Part shown: in pieces, positions 9,225-19,199 of the stretch
Layout of the letters: each line of letters opens with the position of its first letter
Numbering within the stretch: the first letter of the stretch is position 1
Source: Escherichia phage KIT01
Sequence record: AP019521.1
DNA: 64,000 nt
Reading direction: 5' to 3' (one strand)
Notes under the pieces: generated by a model
Told to the model about the DNA's origin: nothing
The model's database searches: none
Seen by the model: only the letters and a program-made list of their open reading frames with translations
Translations under genes and position numbers: made by a program

Positions 9225-10390
9225 GTTCAAAAACTATGCAACGTGAAGGCTTTCCTAATATTAGTATACGCCTTTACGAAGATTATGACGCCTGGTTAGA
9301 GCATCGTTTTGTTGAACTAGGCGCGACATTTACTACTCTAACAATGCGAGATGGACTTTACGGTAGTAATGAAGGATTGCTCCAGTTTTATGATGCAAAG
9401 AACCTTCATACTAAAATGGACGGCGAACAGATTATCCAAATTTCTGTTAAAAACGCTAACTCTGAGCGTACCCAGTCAAGAATTTATGGAAGCAAACACT
9501 TTGCTGTAGGAGTGGATTCGAAGGGCGACAATATCATAACAATACAACTCGCCCCAATCCACTTTTTAGAGAATCTTAAATTTAGTCGTATGTTCTTCCC
9601 TAGTGTTCAAGAAACATTAACTGAAATGATTGGTGTTATTTATCAAGACCGTCCACTTCTTGCTCCTCCTTTGAACGGGATAAACGTTTACGTTCCTAAT
9701 GTTCCTTGGTGTGATTCAATGGACCGATATATGGAATTTGTACGTGAAGTAGGTATGGCTGTTGAATCTGATAAATTTGTATTTGTCTGGGAAGATATAG
9801 ATGGTATTTCTATCATGGACTACGAATTTATGGTTAATCAAGAACCAATTAATTTTGTGGTAGGTGAGCCTCGTTTAATAGGCCAATACGTCCAAGATAT
9901 GGACACACCTATCGCATTTGATTTTGAATGGTTAACTAAAGCCAACCAGCATTCCAGAAAGCCATATGAAAACGCTACTGTATACGCCCACTCTTTCTTA
10001 GACAAAAACGCCACACGAATTACTTTTGGCGATGGGCAAAACAGTATATTGGTTTCTCGCTCTGGTGGATATTCCGATTATACCTACCGAAACGGATTTG
10101 AAGAAGCTGATAGATTAGTTACTATGGCCCAGTATGATGGATACGCCCATTGTAAGGTATACGGTAACTTTGAACTAACTCCAGGCGATAAGATTAATTT
10201 CTATGACCCTAAAAACCAATTCCAATACGATTTTTATGTAGACGAAGTTATTCATGAAGTGAGTAACAATACATCAATTACAAACCTTTATATGTTTACT
10301 AATGGTAAGCCTATTAAGATTGAAGAACCACCGAAGGTTAAAAATGAACTTAAAACTGATACTCCCGATCAAGAAAATAACGCTGGGTGA
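9221..10390 (+). CDS. 27: gp27 baseplate hub subunit
   Basis: 389 aa; strong match to T4 gp27 (TTLTMRD.LYG.NEG.LQFYD.KN.HTKMDG..IIQISV). Confidence 0.95.
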   Translation: MSSKTMQREGFPNISIRLYEDYDAWLEHRFVELGATFTTLTMRDGLYGSNEGLLQFYDAKNLHTKMDGEQIIQISVKNANSERTQSRIYGSKHFAVGVDSKGDNIITIQLAPIHFLENLKFSRMFFPSVQETLTEMIGVIYQDRPLLAPPLNGINVYVPNVPWCDSMDRYMEFVREVGMAVESDKFVFVWEDIDGISIMDYEFMVNQEPINFVVGEPRLIGQYVQDMDTPIAFDFEWLTKANQHSRKPYENATVYAHSFLDKNATRITFGDGQNSILVSRSGGYSDYTYRNGFEEADRLVTMAQYDGYAHCKVYGNFELTPGDKINFYDPKNQFQYDFYVDEVIHEVSNNTSITNLYMFTNGKPIKIEEPPKVKNELKTDTPDQENNAG

Positions 10391-10871
10391 CAAAGAGATT
10401 TCCATTCCTAAATTGGGTCTTAAACACCAGAAATTGGTTAAAGATGAAAAGGACCCTTACAAGGCCCTCCATATGACAATGGATTCCATTTGTAAAGGAT
10501 TAACTGCAGCAGAAACAGATTTTGCTGCTTTGCACCTTTTAGAATTCAATGGAAGATTAAAAAGTAAAGTAACCAAAGACGGGTTCACATATAATTTAAA
10601 CGACCTTTATATTTGCCAGCGGCTTGAATTCCAATTCCAAGGTAAAACGTTTAAATTTAAATCACATGAACCATTTCAAACATTTGGGCCTGTTGATAGT
10701 GTATTACAATCCCTTTACCTTGGTGATGATGTACCAGATTTTCTGGATATGCCTGCCTTTGTTGCTACATGGGCCGACGATATAACTTCTACTGTAGCTA
10801 TCCCTGGCCCTAATGGTCCTATCAAAGGATTGCTTAAAATCATGGATATCTTAAATGAAGAACGAATCTAA
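10344..10871 (+). CDS. 28: gp28 baseplate hub distal subunit
   Basis: Start at internal ATG 10344 ([28 protein letters not shown]), overlapping gp27 end as in T4. Confidence 0.85.
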   Translation: MNLKLILPIKKITLGDKEISIPKLGLKHQKLVKDEKDPYKALHMTMDSICKGLTAAETDFAALHLLEFNGRLKSKVTKDGFTYNLNDLYICQRLEFQFQGKTFKFKSHEPFQTFGPVDSVLQSLYLGDDVPDFLDMPAFVATWADDITSTVAIPGPNGPIKGLLKIMDILNEERI

Positions 10872-12591
10872 TCAGAATAGTTTTCGTCGCAATAAACTGA
10901 TTGAAGAAATGGCCCCTCAGCGTCGTGCTGAGGCGCTAGCCCAAACTCAGAACGACGAATTAGGAAATATATCAGATGTTTTATCTGATTCCCAGGCGGC
11001 GTCTGAATTGCTCTCTGAAGTGGTTGAGACAAAGTCCAATCAGATTATTAGTTCTGTGGACCGAGTAGATAAAAGCGTCCAAGATGTTGTTGCCGGAACC
11101 GAATTAACGGCCGAAGCTATATCAGAACAAACCCAACAATCTAAAGCTCTTTCGGATGCATTAAACGAAAAGATTAATAAGCTTTCTAATATGTTGGAGG
11201 CTAAATTTTCTGGTATTTCTATTCCGCCGGAAGGGAGTTCGTTAAAGGTTATTGAAGACTCTATTCCGGAAGAACCTAAGGCTGAAACTCCTAAAGTTCC
11301 TGCTGTTATTGAAGATATTCTTCCGCCTGAAGATAATAAACCTGACGCTGAATTTATGCCTGAACCTCCTAAAAATTCAGATGAAGGTAAAGAAGGTGAT
11401 AAGACTTCTCTTTCTGATAAAATTGAAGCCCTTACTAAAATAACTGAAAAGGGATTTAAAGCTTCTATAGGCGTCGCTGATAGAATTTCAGGCATGCTTT
11501 TTAAGTATACTATTACCGCTGCTGCTGAAGCTGCTAAACTCGCCGCAGGTTTAGTCCTTTTAATATTTGGTATAGATGCCATTCGTGTATACTTCCAATA
11601 TTTCATGGACCAATTTGAGTCAGGGTGGAAAGAATTTAACGATAAGTTTAAAGAGTGGGGACCATTACTTGAAGGGCTAATGACATGGGCCAAGAATGCC
11701 GAAGCCATGTTTAGTGAAGGGAACTGGTTAGGTCTGGCTGAAGCTATTATTCGCGGTATGGTTAATCTTACTAAAAATATGGCACAACTTTTAATGCTTG
11801 GTATTTCTAAGTTGATTTCTGCTATTTTAAGCAAAATACCTGGTATGGGTGAGTTGGCCGAAAACGTAGAGGCTTCCGCCTTAATGTCGTATCAACAAAA
11901 TACCGGAGCCACTTTAGATGACGAAGACCAAACTAAAGTAGCCAAATACCATGATAGACGTTCTGCTGAGGCTTTAGAAACTGCCGAGAAAATGAATAAG
12001 AAGTATAAGGATAAACCCGAGCTTATAAACCAGGCAGAGAAATACGGTAATCTTACTAAAGAACAAGCCGACCAATTACGCGCAGGTGGAATTGACACAA
12101 GCTTCCGTGACCTCCCTGAAGAAGAACGTTTAGAGTATTTCAAGAAACGTGATAAGGCCCAAGCTGATATTATTCGTTTGACTCAAACTGCTGATAATAT
12201 AATGAAGCCTGATTCTAAAGATATCGAAAATGCTAAAGCATTTAAAGCTGATATCGAGAAACAATTAGCCGACCCTATTATGGCTAAAGGCGGAGCACCG
12301 AAGGACCTTAATATCCAACAATTACTTGATAAGATGAATAAATCTTTAGAGAAATTTAATGAAGCTGAAAAGCCTAAACCTGCTTCTGTAGCGGAATCTC
12401 CTGAAAATACCCAGGTTAAAAAGGTTGATGAGCAAATGAGAGCAAAGGAAAATGCTAAATATAGTCAGCAAGCTCCAACTCAAATAAATCAGCAAACGAA
12501 TATCAAGAAAACGAGTAAGACTAGTTATAATTTACCTCCACAGTCCTCTACTCCGGCTCCTGGTATGCGTCAAGCTACTAAAGTTAATTAG
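10855..12591 (+). CDS. 29: gp29 baseplate hub / tail length determinator
   Basis: 578 aa; synteny; low-complexity charged repeats typical of gp29. Confidence 0.9.
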   Translation: MKNESNQNSFRRNKLIEEMAPQRRAEALAQTQNDELGNISDVLSDSQAASELLSEVVETKSNQIISSVDRVDKSVQDVVAGTELTAEAISEQTQQSKALSDALNEKINKLSNMLEAKFSGISIPPEGSSLKVIEDSIPEEPKAETPKVPAVIEDILPPEDNKPDAEFMPEPPKNSDEGKEGDKTSLSDKIEALTKITEKGFKASIGVADRISGMLFKYTITAAAEAAKLAAGLVLLIFGIDAIRVYFQYFMDQFESGWKEFNDKFKEWGPLLEGLMTWAKNAEAMFSEGNWLGLAEAIIRGMVNLTKNMAQLLMLGISKLISAILSKIPGMGELAENVEASALMSYQQNTGATLDDEDQTKVAKYHDRRSAEALETAEKMNKKYKDKPELINQAEKYGNLTKEQADQLRAGGIDTSFRDLPEEERLEYFKKRDKAQADIIRLTQTADNIMKPDSKDIENAKAFKADIEKQLADPIMAKGGAPKDLNIQQLLDKMNKSLEKFNEAEKPKPASVAESPENTQVKKVDEQMRAKENAKYSQQAPTQINQQTNIKKTSKTSYNLPPQSSTPAPGMRQATKVN

Positions 12592-12599
12592 GATTAATA

Positions 12600-13688
12600 A
12601 TGAAAGTAAAAGAACTTGACTTTGATGTAGCCTCCTTGTTTAAAGGAGGTTCAAAGACCTCCGCAGGTCAATCTAAAACACAAGCAATAAAAACCACGGT
12701 AACCGCTCAGTACCCAGCTGAGCGTGCTTCAGGTAATGATACCTCAACCGATATGGTATTAAACGACCTCTATAAAAATGGATTGCTTTTTACTGCATAT
12801 AATTTTAGTTCTCGTGTATCTCCGGATTTGCGTAACGACCGTTCGAGTCAAATGACTAAAAAGTTCTCAAGTGCAGCCAGCAAATTAACAGGCAATAGTG
12901 GAACATATAGTGCTGTTAAAAACTTATTTGGTGGAAATACTAAGGGCGTTAAATTTGATACCCAAGCCTTAGCCAATATTCTTTTACCTCGTTCTAAATC
13001 TGATGTGGATTCCGTGTCACATAAATTTAACGATGTAGGCGAATCATTGATTACTAAAGGTGGTGGTACTGCTACAGGTATTTTGAGTAACGTTGCAAGT
13101 ACTGCGGTATTTGGTGCATTGGAATCTGTGACTAATGGTGTAATGGCTGATTCAGGTGAGCAGATATACACCACCGCTCGTAGTATGTACGCAGGGCCGG
13201 ATAACCGTACTAAGGTATTTACCTGGGAAATGACTCCACGAAACGCCCAAGACCTTATCCAGATTATTAAAATATATGAAATCTTTAATTACTATTCTTA
13301 TGGCGAAACAGGCAATTCAGCCTTCGCAGGTGAATTAAAAGATAAGATTGATACTTGGTACCGTTCTACATTTAAAAAAGAAGCTATTGACAAGTTTGAT
13401 GGTAAGCTATTAGGGGAAAGTATTACAAGCTTCCTTTCTAATGTTATTGTGGTAAGTAACCCGACCATTTGGTATATCCGAAACTTTGGCGATAGCAGTT
13501 CATATGATGGTCGTGAAGATATTTTTGGTCCATGCCAAATCCAGAGTATACGATTTGATAAAACCCCTGATGGCCATTTTAACGGATTAGCTATTGCTCC
13601 TAACTTACCATCTACATTTAGTTTAGAAGTTACTTTCCGTGAAATTATTACTCTTAACCGTGGCTCACTTTATACGGAAGGATTCTAA
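12600..13688 (+). CDS. 48: gp48 baseplate tail tube cap
   Basis: 362 aa; synteny and size match T4 gp48. Confidence 0.9.
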   Translation: MKVKELDFDVASLFKGGSKTSAGQSKTQAIKTTVTAQYPAERASGNDTSTDMVLNDLYKNGLLFTAYNFSSRVSPDLRNDRSSQMTKKFSSAASKLTGNSGTYSAVKNLFGGNTKGVKFDTQALANILLPRSKSDVDSVSHKFNDVGESLITKGGGTATGILSNVASTAVFGALESVTNGVMADSGEQIYTTARSMYAGPDNRTKVFTWEMTPRNAQDLIQIIKIYEIFNYYSYGETGNSAFAGELKDKIDTWYRSTFKKEAIDKFDGKLLGESITSFLSNVIVVSNPTIWYIRNFGDSSSYDGREDIFGPCQIQSIRFDKTPDGHFNGLAIAPNLPSTFSLEVTFREIITLNRGSLYTEGF

Positions 13689-14641
13689 TGTATACTTTAC
13701 AAGAATTTCAGAACCAGGCAATTAATATTGACCTACAGAGGAATAACCTGTTTAGTGTAGTATTTGCTACGGTTCCTTCTTCTAAATCCCAGGCGCTCCT
13801 CGACCAGTTCGGTGGAGCTTTATTTAACAATATCCCATTGAATACCGATTTGTTTGGTATTACACAAGGAGAGTTGACCCAAGGTGTTACGACATTAGTG
13901 ACAGCGGGCACTCAGAAGTTGATTCGTAAGTCAGGCATAAGTAAATATCTGATTGGAGCTATGTCATCCAGGGTTGTGCAGAGCTTACTAGGAGAGTTTG
14001 AAGTAGGTACATATCTGATGGATTTTTTCAATATGGCCTATCCTACGGCAGGTCTTTTAGTCCACGCCGTTAAAATCCCGGATAATACTTTGAACTATGA
14101 AATGGATTTGAACCACAACTCGCCTAACATCAAAATTACCGGAAGAGAATATTCTCCATTGGTATTAAGCTTCCGTATGGATTCTGAAGCTGCTAACTAC
14201 CGTGCTTTTAATGATTGGGTCAATAGTGTCCAAGACCCTATTACACAATTAAGAGCATTGCCTGAGGATGTTGAAGCCGACATTCAAGTCAACCTTCATT
14301 CTCGTAATGGATTACCCCATACAGTAGTAATGCTTAATGGTTGTGTTCCTGTTGGTGTTTCGTCACCAGAATTATCTTATGACGGTGATAACCAAATTGC
14401 TTCGTTTGATGTTACATTTGCTTATAGAAGTGTACAGACGGGTGCAGTTGGCAAACAAGCTGCTTATGAATGGTTGGAAGATAAAGTCCTTAAAGGCGTG
14501 GCAGGGATAAGTGAGAGCAATTCGCTGAGTTCTTCAGTAGCTAAATTAAGCCGACTTTCAGGAGCTTCTAGTGGATTAACAGGATTAGTTAATACATTTG
14601 GTGGGCGTGCTATTAATAATGGAATATCGAGGTTGTTATAA
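13688..14641 (+). CDS. 54: gp54 baseplate tail tube initiator
   Basis: 317 aa; synteny and size match T4 gp54. Confidence 0.9.
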   Translation: MYTLQEFQNQAINIDLQRNNLFSVVFATVPSSKSQALLDQFGGALFNNIPLNTDLFGITQGELTQGVTTLVTAGTQKLIRKSGISKYLIGAMSSRVVQSLLGEFEVGTYLMDFFNMAYPTAGLLVHAVKIPDNTLNYEMDLNHNSPNIKITGREYSPLVLSFRMDSEAANYRAFNDWVNSVQDPITQLRALPEDVEADIQVNLHSRNGLPHTVVMLNGCVPVGVSSPELSYDGDNQIASFDVTFAYRSVQTGAVGKQAAYEWLEDKVLKGVAGISESNSLSSSVAKLSRLSGASSGLTGLVNTFGGRAINNGISRLL

Positions 14642-14648
14642 CAAAAAA

Positions 14649-14670
14649 GGAGAGCATATGCTCTCCTTTA
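14649..14670. terminator. Bidirectional terminator between gene 54 and convergent minus-strand genes
   Basis: Perfect palindrome GGAGAGCATATGCTCTCC with A-run upstream and T-rich downstream. Confidence 0.6.
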
Positions 14671-14675
14671 GGGGT

Positions 14676-14966
14676 TTATTTACGGAACGAAATGAAACCT
14701 GCTGTGGTCATTAGTGGTTGCTTTTTAACAAAGACCGTGATAGAAATAGGAGCTTCAGATTCAAGCTGACCGGTTACTACACCATTAAAGATATTTTCAG
14801 TTTGTTCTGGATGAGAAAAATTCTCAACAGGTCGGATATCAAACTGTTTGTCTTCACCGAAAACTCGACGTAATTCATTACCTACTGCACTGTCAAACTC
14901 TTCGGAAGCAGGGATAACGTTTTCAACCACCAGTTCTTGACCATTAAAACGGAATGCAGATTTCAT
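14676..14966 (-). CDS. Hypothetical protein downstream of the alt cluster
   Basis: 96-aa ORF following the alt paralogs on the same strand. Confidence 0.5.
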   Translation of the reverse strand: MKSAFRFNGQELVVENVIPASEEFDSAVGNELRRVFGEDKQFDIRPVENFSHPEQTENIFNGVVTGQLESEAPISITVFVKKQPLMTTAGFISFRK

Positions 14967-15023
14967 AATGTTCTCCTCATGTTTGTGTAAGGTAATAGTA
15001 CCACATCCTTGTGGTGTTGTAAA

Positions 15024-17147
15024 CTACATTTTGAATTTATTTGATAAAGAAGAGATATCCAAAGACGCGGCAAGGATTTCCATAGCTTCGTTGCTTTCAG
15101 AAACGGATTCATTAACCAAGAATTGACTGAATCCATCCATCAGGCGAACTTCACCAGTTTCCATCAAATGGTCACCATCGTAAACAGATTCGCTGAGCTC
15201 TGAAGGAGGCGTTACGGTAGCTTCCATAAGGTATTTGTGAGATACTCTATCATTCATGGCAAAAGCCGCTACTTTATCAACCTTCAACAATAATCCACGC
15301 GGAAGGATAATTTCTGCTTCTTCGGCATATTCTGTAAGGTCACCAGGAGCGATAACTTTAACTGCTTCAGCACCTCGAATAACCATACCAATTTCAGCAA
15401 TTCTATCCGCAGGACCTTCAGGTGCAATTGGATTACCGAACTCGTCTTCTTCCCATTCTACCTCTTCGTCATCGACTTCACCCACATCAGATGAACTACC
15501 ACTAGCCAATTTAAACAACTCATCAGCAGAGGATAAAGAACCTTCACCACCAACAAAAACGGCTTGGTTGTCGAGGGCCATATAATTTTTACCAAATTCA
15601 CCAAAGATGTTAGGCTTTAATGAGGCTGACACAAAGTTCTTAAAGTAAAATGTTTTGTTATCGATATTATGGCGCAGAATTTTGTATGGCAAATCCTGAC
15701 CACGATACAAAATAGTACCCTTAGGAAGTTTAATACCCTTAGTAAATGCTGAGTCTAAATCCTTAATCAATTTAATAGCCGTTGTATTGTTTTCGGATTC
15801 AGGTTTACCTAAAAGGAATAAGTTCATAGGAGCATATTCAGCCGCGCAATATTCAATAATAGCATTGCTTTCGTCTTTGGTTAGGTCCTTAGGTTTAATG
15901 AGCTCGCCTGAATAAGCATATGCATCACTAATAGAATCGTTAACCAGTTTATAAACGGCTTCCATAGCGAAAGCAATTCGAGATGCTTTCTCTGAAGGGG
16001 AACCCTTAAAACGGGTACTCAGGTTATTAACAATTTTCTTAATAATATCCAGACTATTGGTTGTATTGATTTGCGAAAGGCCACTTAAAAGTCTATCGAC
16101 TTCTGTATTAAAAAATGCCATATTATTAGAGTAAATTTCAAACCCTTGTTTATCTCTATTAGCATAATTTAGTTTAAATTTACTATCAGTCATTAAAGCG
16201 TGTGTGAGAGCAATAGTGTATCTAAAGTTGGCAAGGTCCTCGCTCTTAGATTTAAACTGAGAAGCCTGGCGCATTTTAGTAATAGCACCTTTTTTAAAGT
16301 TCTGACTAATCTGTTCAATACCTTCGTTCTCAGGGCCTTCAGCCGTGTGAACCGGTACAGAAGCTTCAAACTCGTTATAAACCTGCAATTCTTTAGGGGA
16401 CAAAGTTTCAGGCTCAGCAGTAGAATACTGCGCGGCCGCTGCCATACGACGCGAAATCTTAGTACGAGTAATAACAGCCTTATCAGTACGTTTCTCTTCA
16501 ACTTGTGCAATAGATGCCGCTACGGCTTCGACCTTACTTACGGCCTGGCCAGTTTTCTTAGAAACATACACTTCGCCAACTTTAGACTCAACTTTAGTAT
16601 AAAGATCGGCATTAATTTCAGGCATACCCTTGATATCTTCAATATTAGCACCACGACGTACTAAAAGAACGTAGGTATGTTTTCCGCTGAATTGGAACAT
16701 GTCGTCAACAACTTTAAACTTACCACCGGTACGAGCCATAGCCAAACGAGCTAATACGCGCTGGACGGTAGGACCTTTACCTTTCATTTTCTTAGTAGGG
16801 AAACGGAACAAAACCGCGTCCATTTTAAGTTTGTTTACTTGTTCGTATATGGTATCGAAAATGGTGTTCAGTGTACCGAGTGGATCGGTACCCAAACCAC
16901 CCTTGAGTTCTGCCGGAGCGCCTTTAGCAGATAAACTCATTAAGATAACATGGACGTACTTATCACCATTTTTAACCATCTTAATAGCGTCGCCTTCAGA
17001 CGCATAAGATACCATACGTGCTACTAAATTGTCATTACCAGGAGCATGTACCGCAAAAATCTGCGGTACGCCTGAGCCAGGTTTAAGATTTGTTACTGGG
17101 TAATTTTTTTTATCGCTTTTATCAAAAACTTCGTTTAAATTTTCCAT
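15024..17147 (-). CDS. alt: Alt-like mono-ADP-ribosyltransferase, paralog 1 (acidic insert, SAS variant of the STS motif)
   Basis: 707 aa; N-terminal about 230 aa and C-terminal region match T4 Alt; has YRGQ, FVSASLKP and EIILPRG. Confidence 0.85.
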   Translation of the reverse strand: MENLNEVFDKSDKKNYPVTNLKPGSGVPQIFAVHAPGNDNLVARMVSYASEGDAIKMVKNGDKYVHVILMSLSAKGAPAELKGGLGTDPLGTLNTIFDTIYEQVNKLKMDAVLFRFPTKKMKGKGPTVQRVLARLAMARTGGKFKVVDDMFQFSGKHTYVLLVRRGANIEDIKGMPEINADLYTKVESKVGEVYVSKKTGQAVSKVEAVAASIAQVEEKRTDKAVITRTKISRRMAAAAQYSTAEPETLSPKELQVYNEFEASVPVHTAEGPENEGIEQISQNFKKGAITKMRQASQFKSKSEDLANFRYTIALTHALMTDSKFKLNYANRDKQGFEIYSNNMAFFNTEVDRLLSGLSQINTTNSLDIIKKIVNNLSTRFKGSPSEKASRIAFAMEAVYKLVNDSISDAYAYSGELIKPKDLTKDESNAIIEYCAAEYAPMNLFLLGKPESENNTTAIKLIKDLDSAFTKGIKLPKGTILYRGQDLPYKILRHNIDNKTFYFKNFVSASLKPNIFGEFGKNYMALDNQAVFVGGEGSLSSADELFKLASGSSSDVGEVDDEEVEWEEDEFGNPIAPEGPADRIAEIGMVIRGAEAVKVIAPGDLTEYAEEAEIILPRGLLLKVDKVAAFAMNDRVSHKYLMEATVTPPSELSESVYDGDHLMETGEVRLMDGFSQFLVNESVSESNEAMEILAASLDISSLSNKFKM

Positions 17148-17150
17148 TAT

Positions 17151-19196
17151 TTACCCTTGGGTGAATTTTTCTGGGGTTTCGTCAAAATTAATACATGAAG
17201 CTAAAATAGGCATTATATCCACCTTGGTCGATTTGACGAATGAATCAAAAGACACAGGGTTGTCGGTCTCTGTTTCTACGCCTTGGTAAACAACCAATTC
17301 GCCGGTTTCCATCAATGCATCACCATCATAGATAACCGCATTTTCTGCTAGTTGGTCTGTGGTCTGGATGTCAGCTTCCAATAATTTGGTGTTGTAGTTT
17401 CCTTTATATGAGGCATCTGTAATTTTAGTAATCTTAACAGTAGTTCCACGTGGAAGAATAACCTCTTGTTCTGTTGGAGAACCTGACAATTCACCGGGCA
17501 CAATTACGTTAATAGAGTCTGCACCGGAAATTTTCCAACCGATGTTCATCATTGTATTTTCGGAACTCGTCAGCATACTTGGAAGAACAATTTCATTATC
17601 GCCTTGGAAAGATGTCCCAGCACGATAGTCCTGATGAACTGCGGCCATTGCGACGTTTGATACCCAGCCGCCAAAGATAATCGGCTTAAGGGACGTTGAT
17701 ACATAGTTCCTGAAATAAAACAATTTTGAGTGTTTGATTTTATCAAAAGTGTTAACATTTAAATATTGACCACGCCAAAGTGTAATATCAGGTGGCAATT
17801 TATGGCCAATTTCAAATGCCGCATCCATATCATTAATTACTTCAATTACACGATAACTATCAATAAATTCTGCATCCTCTTCATAATAATTACCCAACAA
17901 ATAATTATTAACATCGGTATAATATTGGCCGCAATAAGAAGAAATAGCCTCACGCTGCTCATACTCAAATCGATTATCGCTATAACTGGCTGTAAAATGC
18001 ATAACACTTTCTGACGCTTCATTAGCAAAGTCGCTAACAGCAGCACTTATACGTTGAGCATACTCTTGTTCCCAAAGCTCTGCCGCATATTCTGCCGCAT
18101 CCATATTAGGAGGAGCCTCATTCATTTTTCTTTCGATAAATGCAGCTTTGCGAAGGTTAAGAACCTCTGCACATGATTCGGCAAAAATCTGCATCTGCTT
18201 CATACTGCCGACAGGAGCACGTTTAAGTTCACGATGCATACGGTTAAAAATTGGGTCGGAGTCTTCGACTCGAATTTCTTCTTTCCAAACACCGTTTGCT
18301 CGCATAGCCATATCTGCCGCGCGCATACGCTCCATAGTATTCGTTTCAGAAGGTTGAATAAAAATTTCTAGTTCTTCATAATCATCGATAAGTTCTGCTG
18401 TTGCTGGGGCGCTAAATTTTGATGCCTCTGCATCAATCTCATCCCAACCTTCCGGAACTTCATCTCGAGGAGAATACTGGGCTGCGGCTACAGCACGCCT
18501 AGAAATCTTGGTAGTAGTAATAACAGCCTTATCCGTACGTTTTTCTTCGACTGCAGCTATACTAGCAGATAGTGCTTCTATTTTGGTTACTGATTGGCCT
18601 GTTTTCTTGGATACATAAACCTCACCAACTTTAGACTCAACCTTAGTGTAAAGGTCTGCATCAATTTCAGGCATACCTTTTATGTCCTCAATATTAGCTT
18701 GTTTACGAACCAGTAAAACGTATGTATGTTTGCCTGTAAATTGATACAAATCATCGACAACTTTAAACTTGCCGCCAGTACGAGCCATCGCCAAACGTGC
18801 CAATACACGTTGAACAGTAGGACCTTTACCTTTCATTTTCTTGGTAGGGAACCGGAAAAGAACTGCATCCATACGAAGAGCTTTAACTTGTTCGTATACA
18901 GTATCAAAAATGGTATTCAGCGTACCAAGTGGGTCAGAACCTAACCCGCCTTTCAACTCGGCTGGGGTACCCTTAGCAGACAAACTCATCAAAATAACAT
19001 GAACATATTTATCGCCCGGCTTAACCATTTTAATAGCGTCTCCTTGAGACGCATAAGATACCATACGAGCAACCAGGTTATCGTTACCTGGTGCTTGGAT
19101 AGAGAAAATCTGTGGAATACCGGAACCCGGTTTAAGATTTACTACTGGATAGTTTTTAGCGGAATCACTATCAAAAACCTCGTTTAAATTTTCCAT
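17151..19196 (-). CDS. alt: Alt-like mono-ADP-ribosyltransferase, paralog 2
   Basis: 681 aa; conserved N-terminus (MENLNEVFD...PQIFS...), WRGQ, YVSTSLKP and EVILPRG motifs; divergent central region. Confidence 0.85.
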   Translation of the reverse strand: MENLNEVFDSDSAKNYPVVNLKPGSGIPQIFSIQAPGNDNLVARMVSYASQGDAIKMVKPGDKYVHVILMSLSAKGTPAELKGGLGSDPLGTLNTIFDTVYEQVKALRMDAVLFRFPTKKMKGKGPTVQRVLARLAMARTGGKFKVVDDLYQFTGKHTYVLLVRKQANIEDIKGMPEIDADLYTKVESKVGEVYVSKKTGQSVTKIEALSASIAAVEEKRTDKAVITTTKISRRAVAAAQYSPRDEVPEGWDEIDAEASKFSAPATAELIDDYEELEIFIQPSETNTMERMRAADMAMRANGVWKEEIRVEDSDPIFNRMHRELKRAPVGSMKQMQIFAESCAEVLNLRKAAFIERKMNEAPPNMDAAEYAAELWEQEYAQRISAAVSDFANEASESVMHFTASYSDNRFEYEQREAISSYCGQYYTDVNNYLLGNYYEEDAEFIDSYRVIEVINDMDAAFEIGHKLPPDITLWRGQYLNVNTFDKIKHSKLFYFRNYVSTSLKPIIFGGWVSNVAMAAVHQDYRAGTSFQGDNEIVLPSMLTSSENTMMNIGWKISGADSINVIVPGELSGSPTEQEVILPRGTTVKITKITDASYKGNYNTKLLEADIQTTDQLAENAVIYDGDALMETGELVVYQGVETETDNPVSFDSFVKSTKVDIMPILASCINFDETPEKFTQG

Positions 19197-19199
19197 TAT

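Noticed and set aside
11040-11834. 264-aa minus-strand ORF inside gene 29
   Set aside because: Antisense shadow ORF within a well-supported baseplate gene; low-complexity Ser/Ala-rich translation and no start context.
16193-16664. Overlapping ORFs on both strands within alt paralog 1
   Set aside because: Alternative-frame and antisense ORFs inside a gene with clear Alt homology; Leu/Arg-rich artefactual translations.
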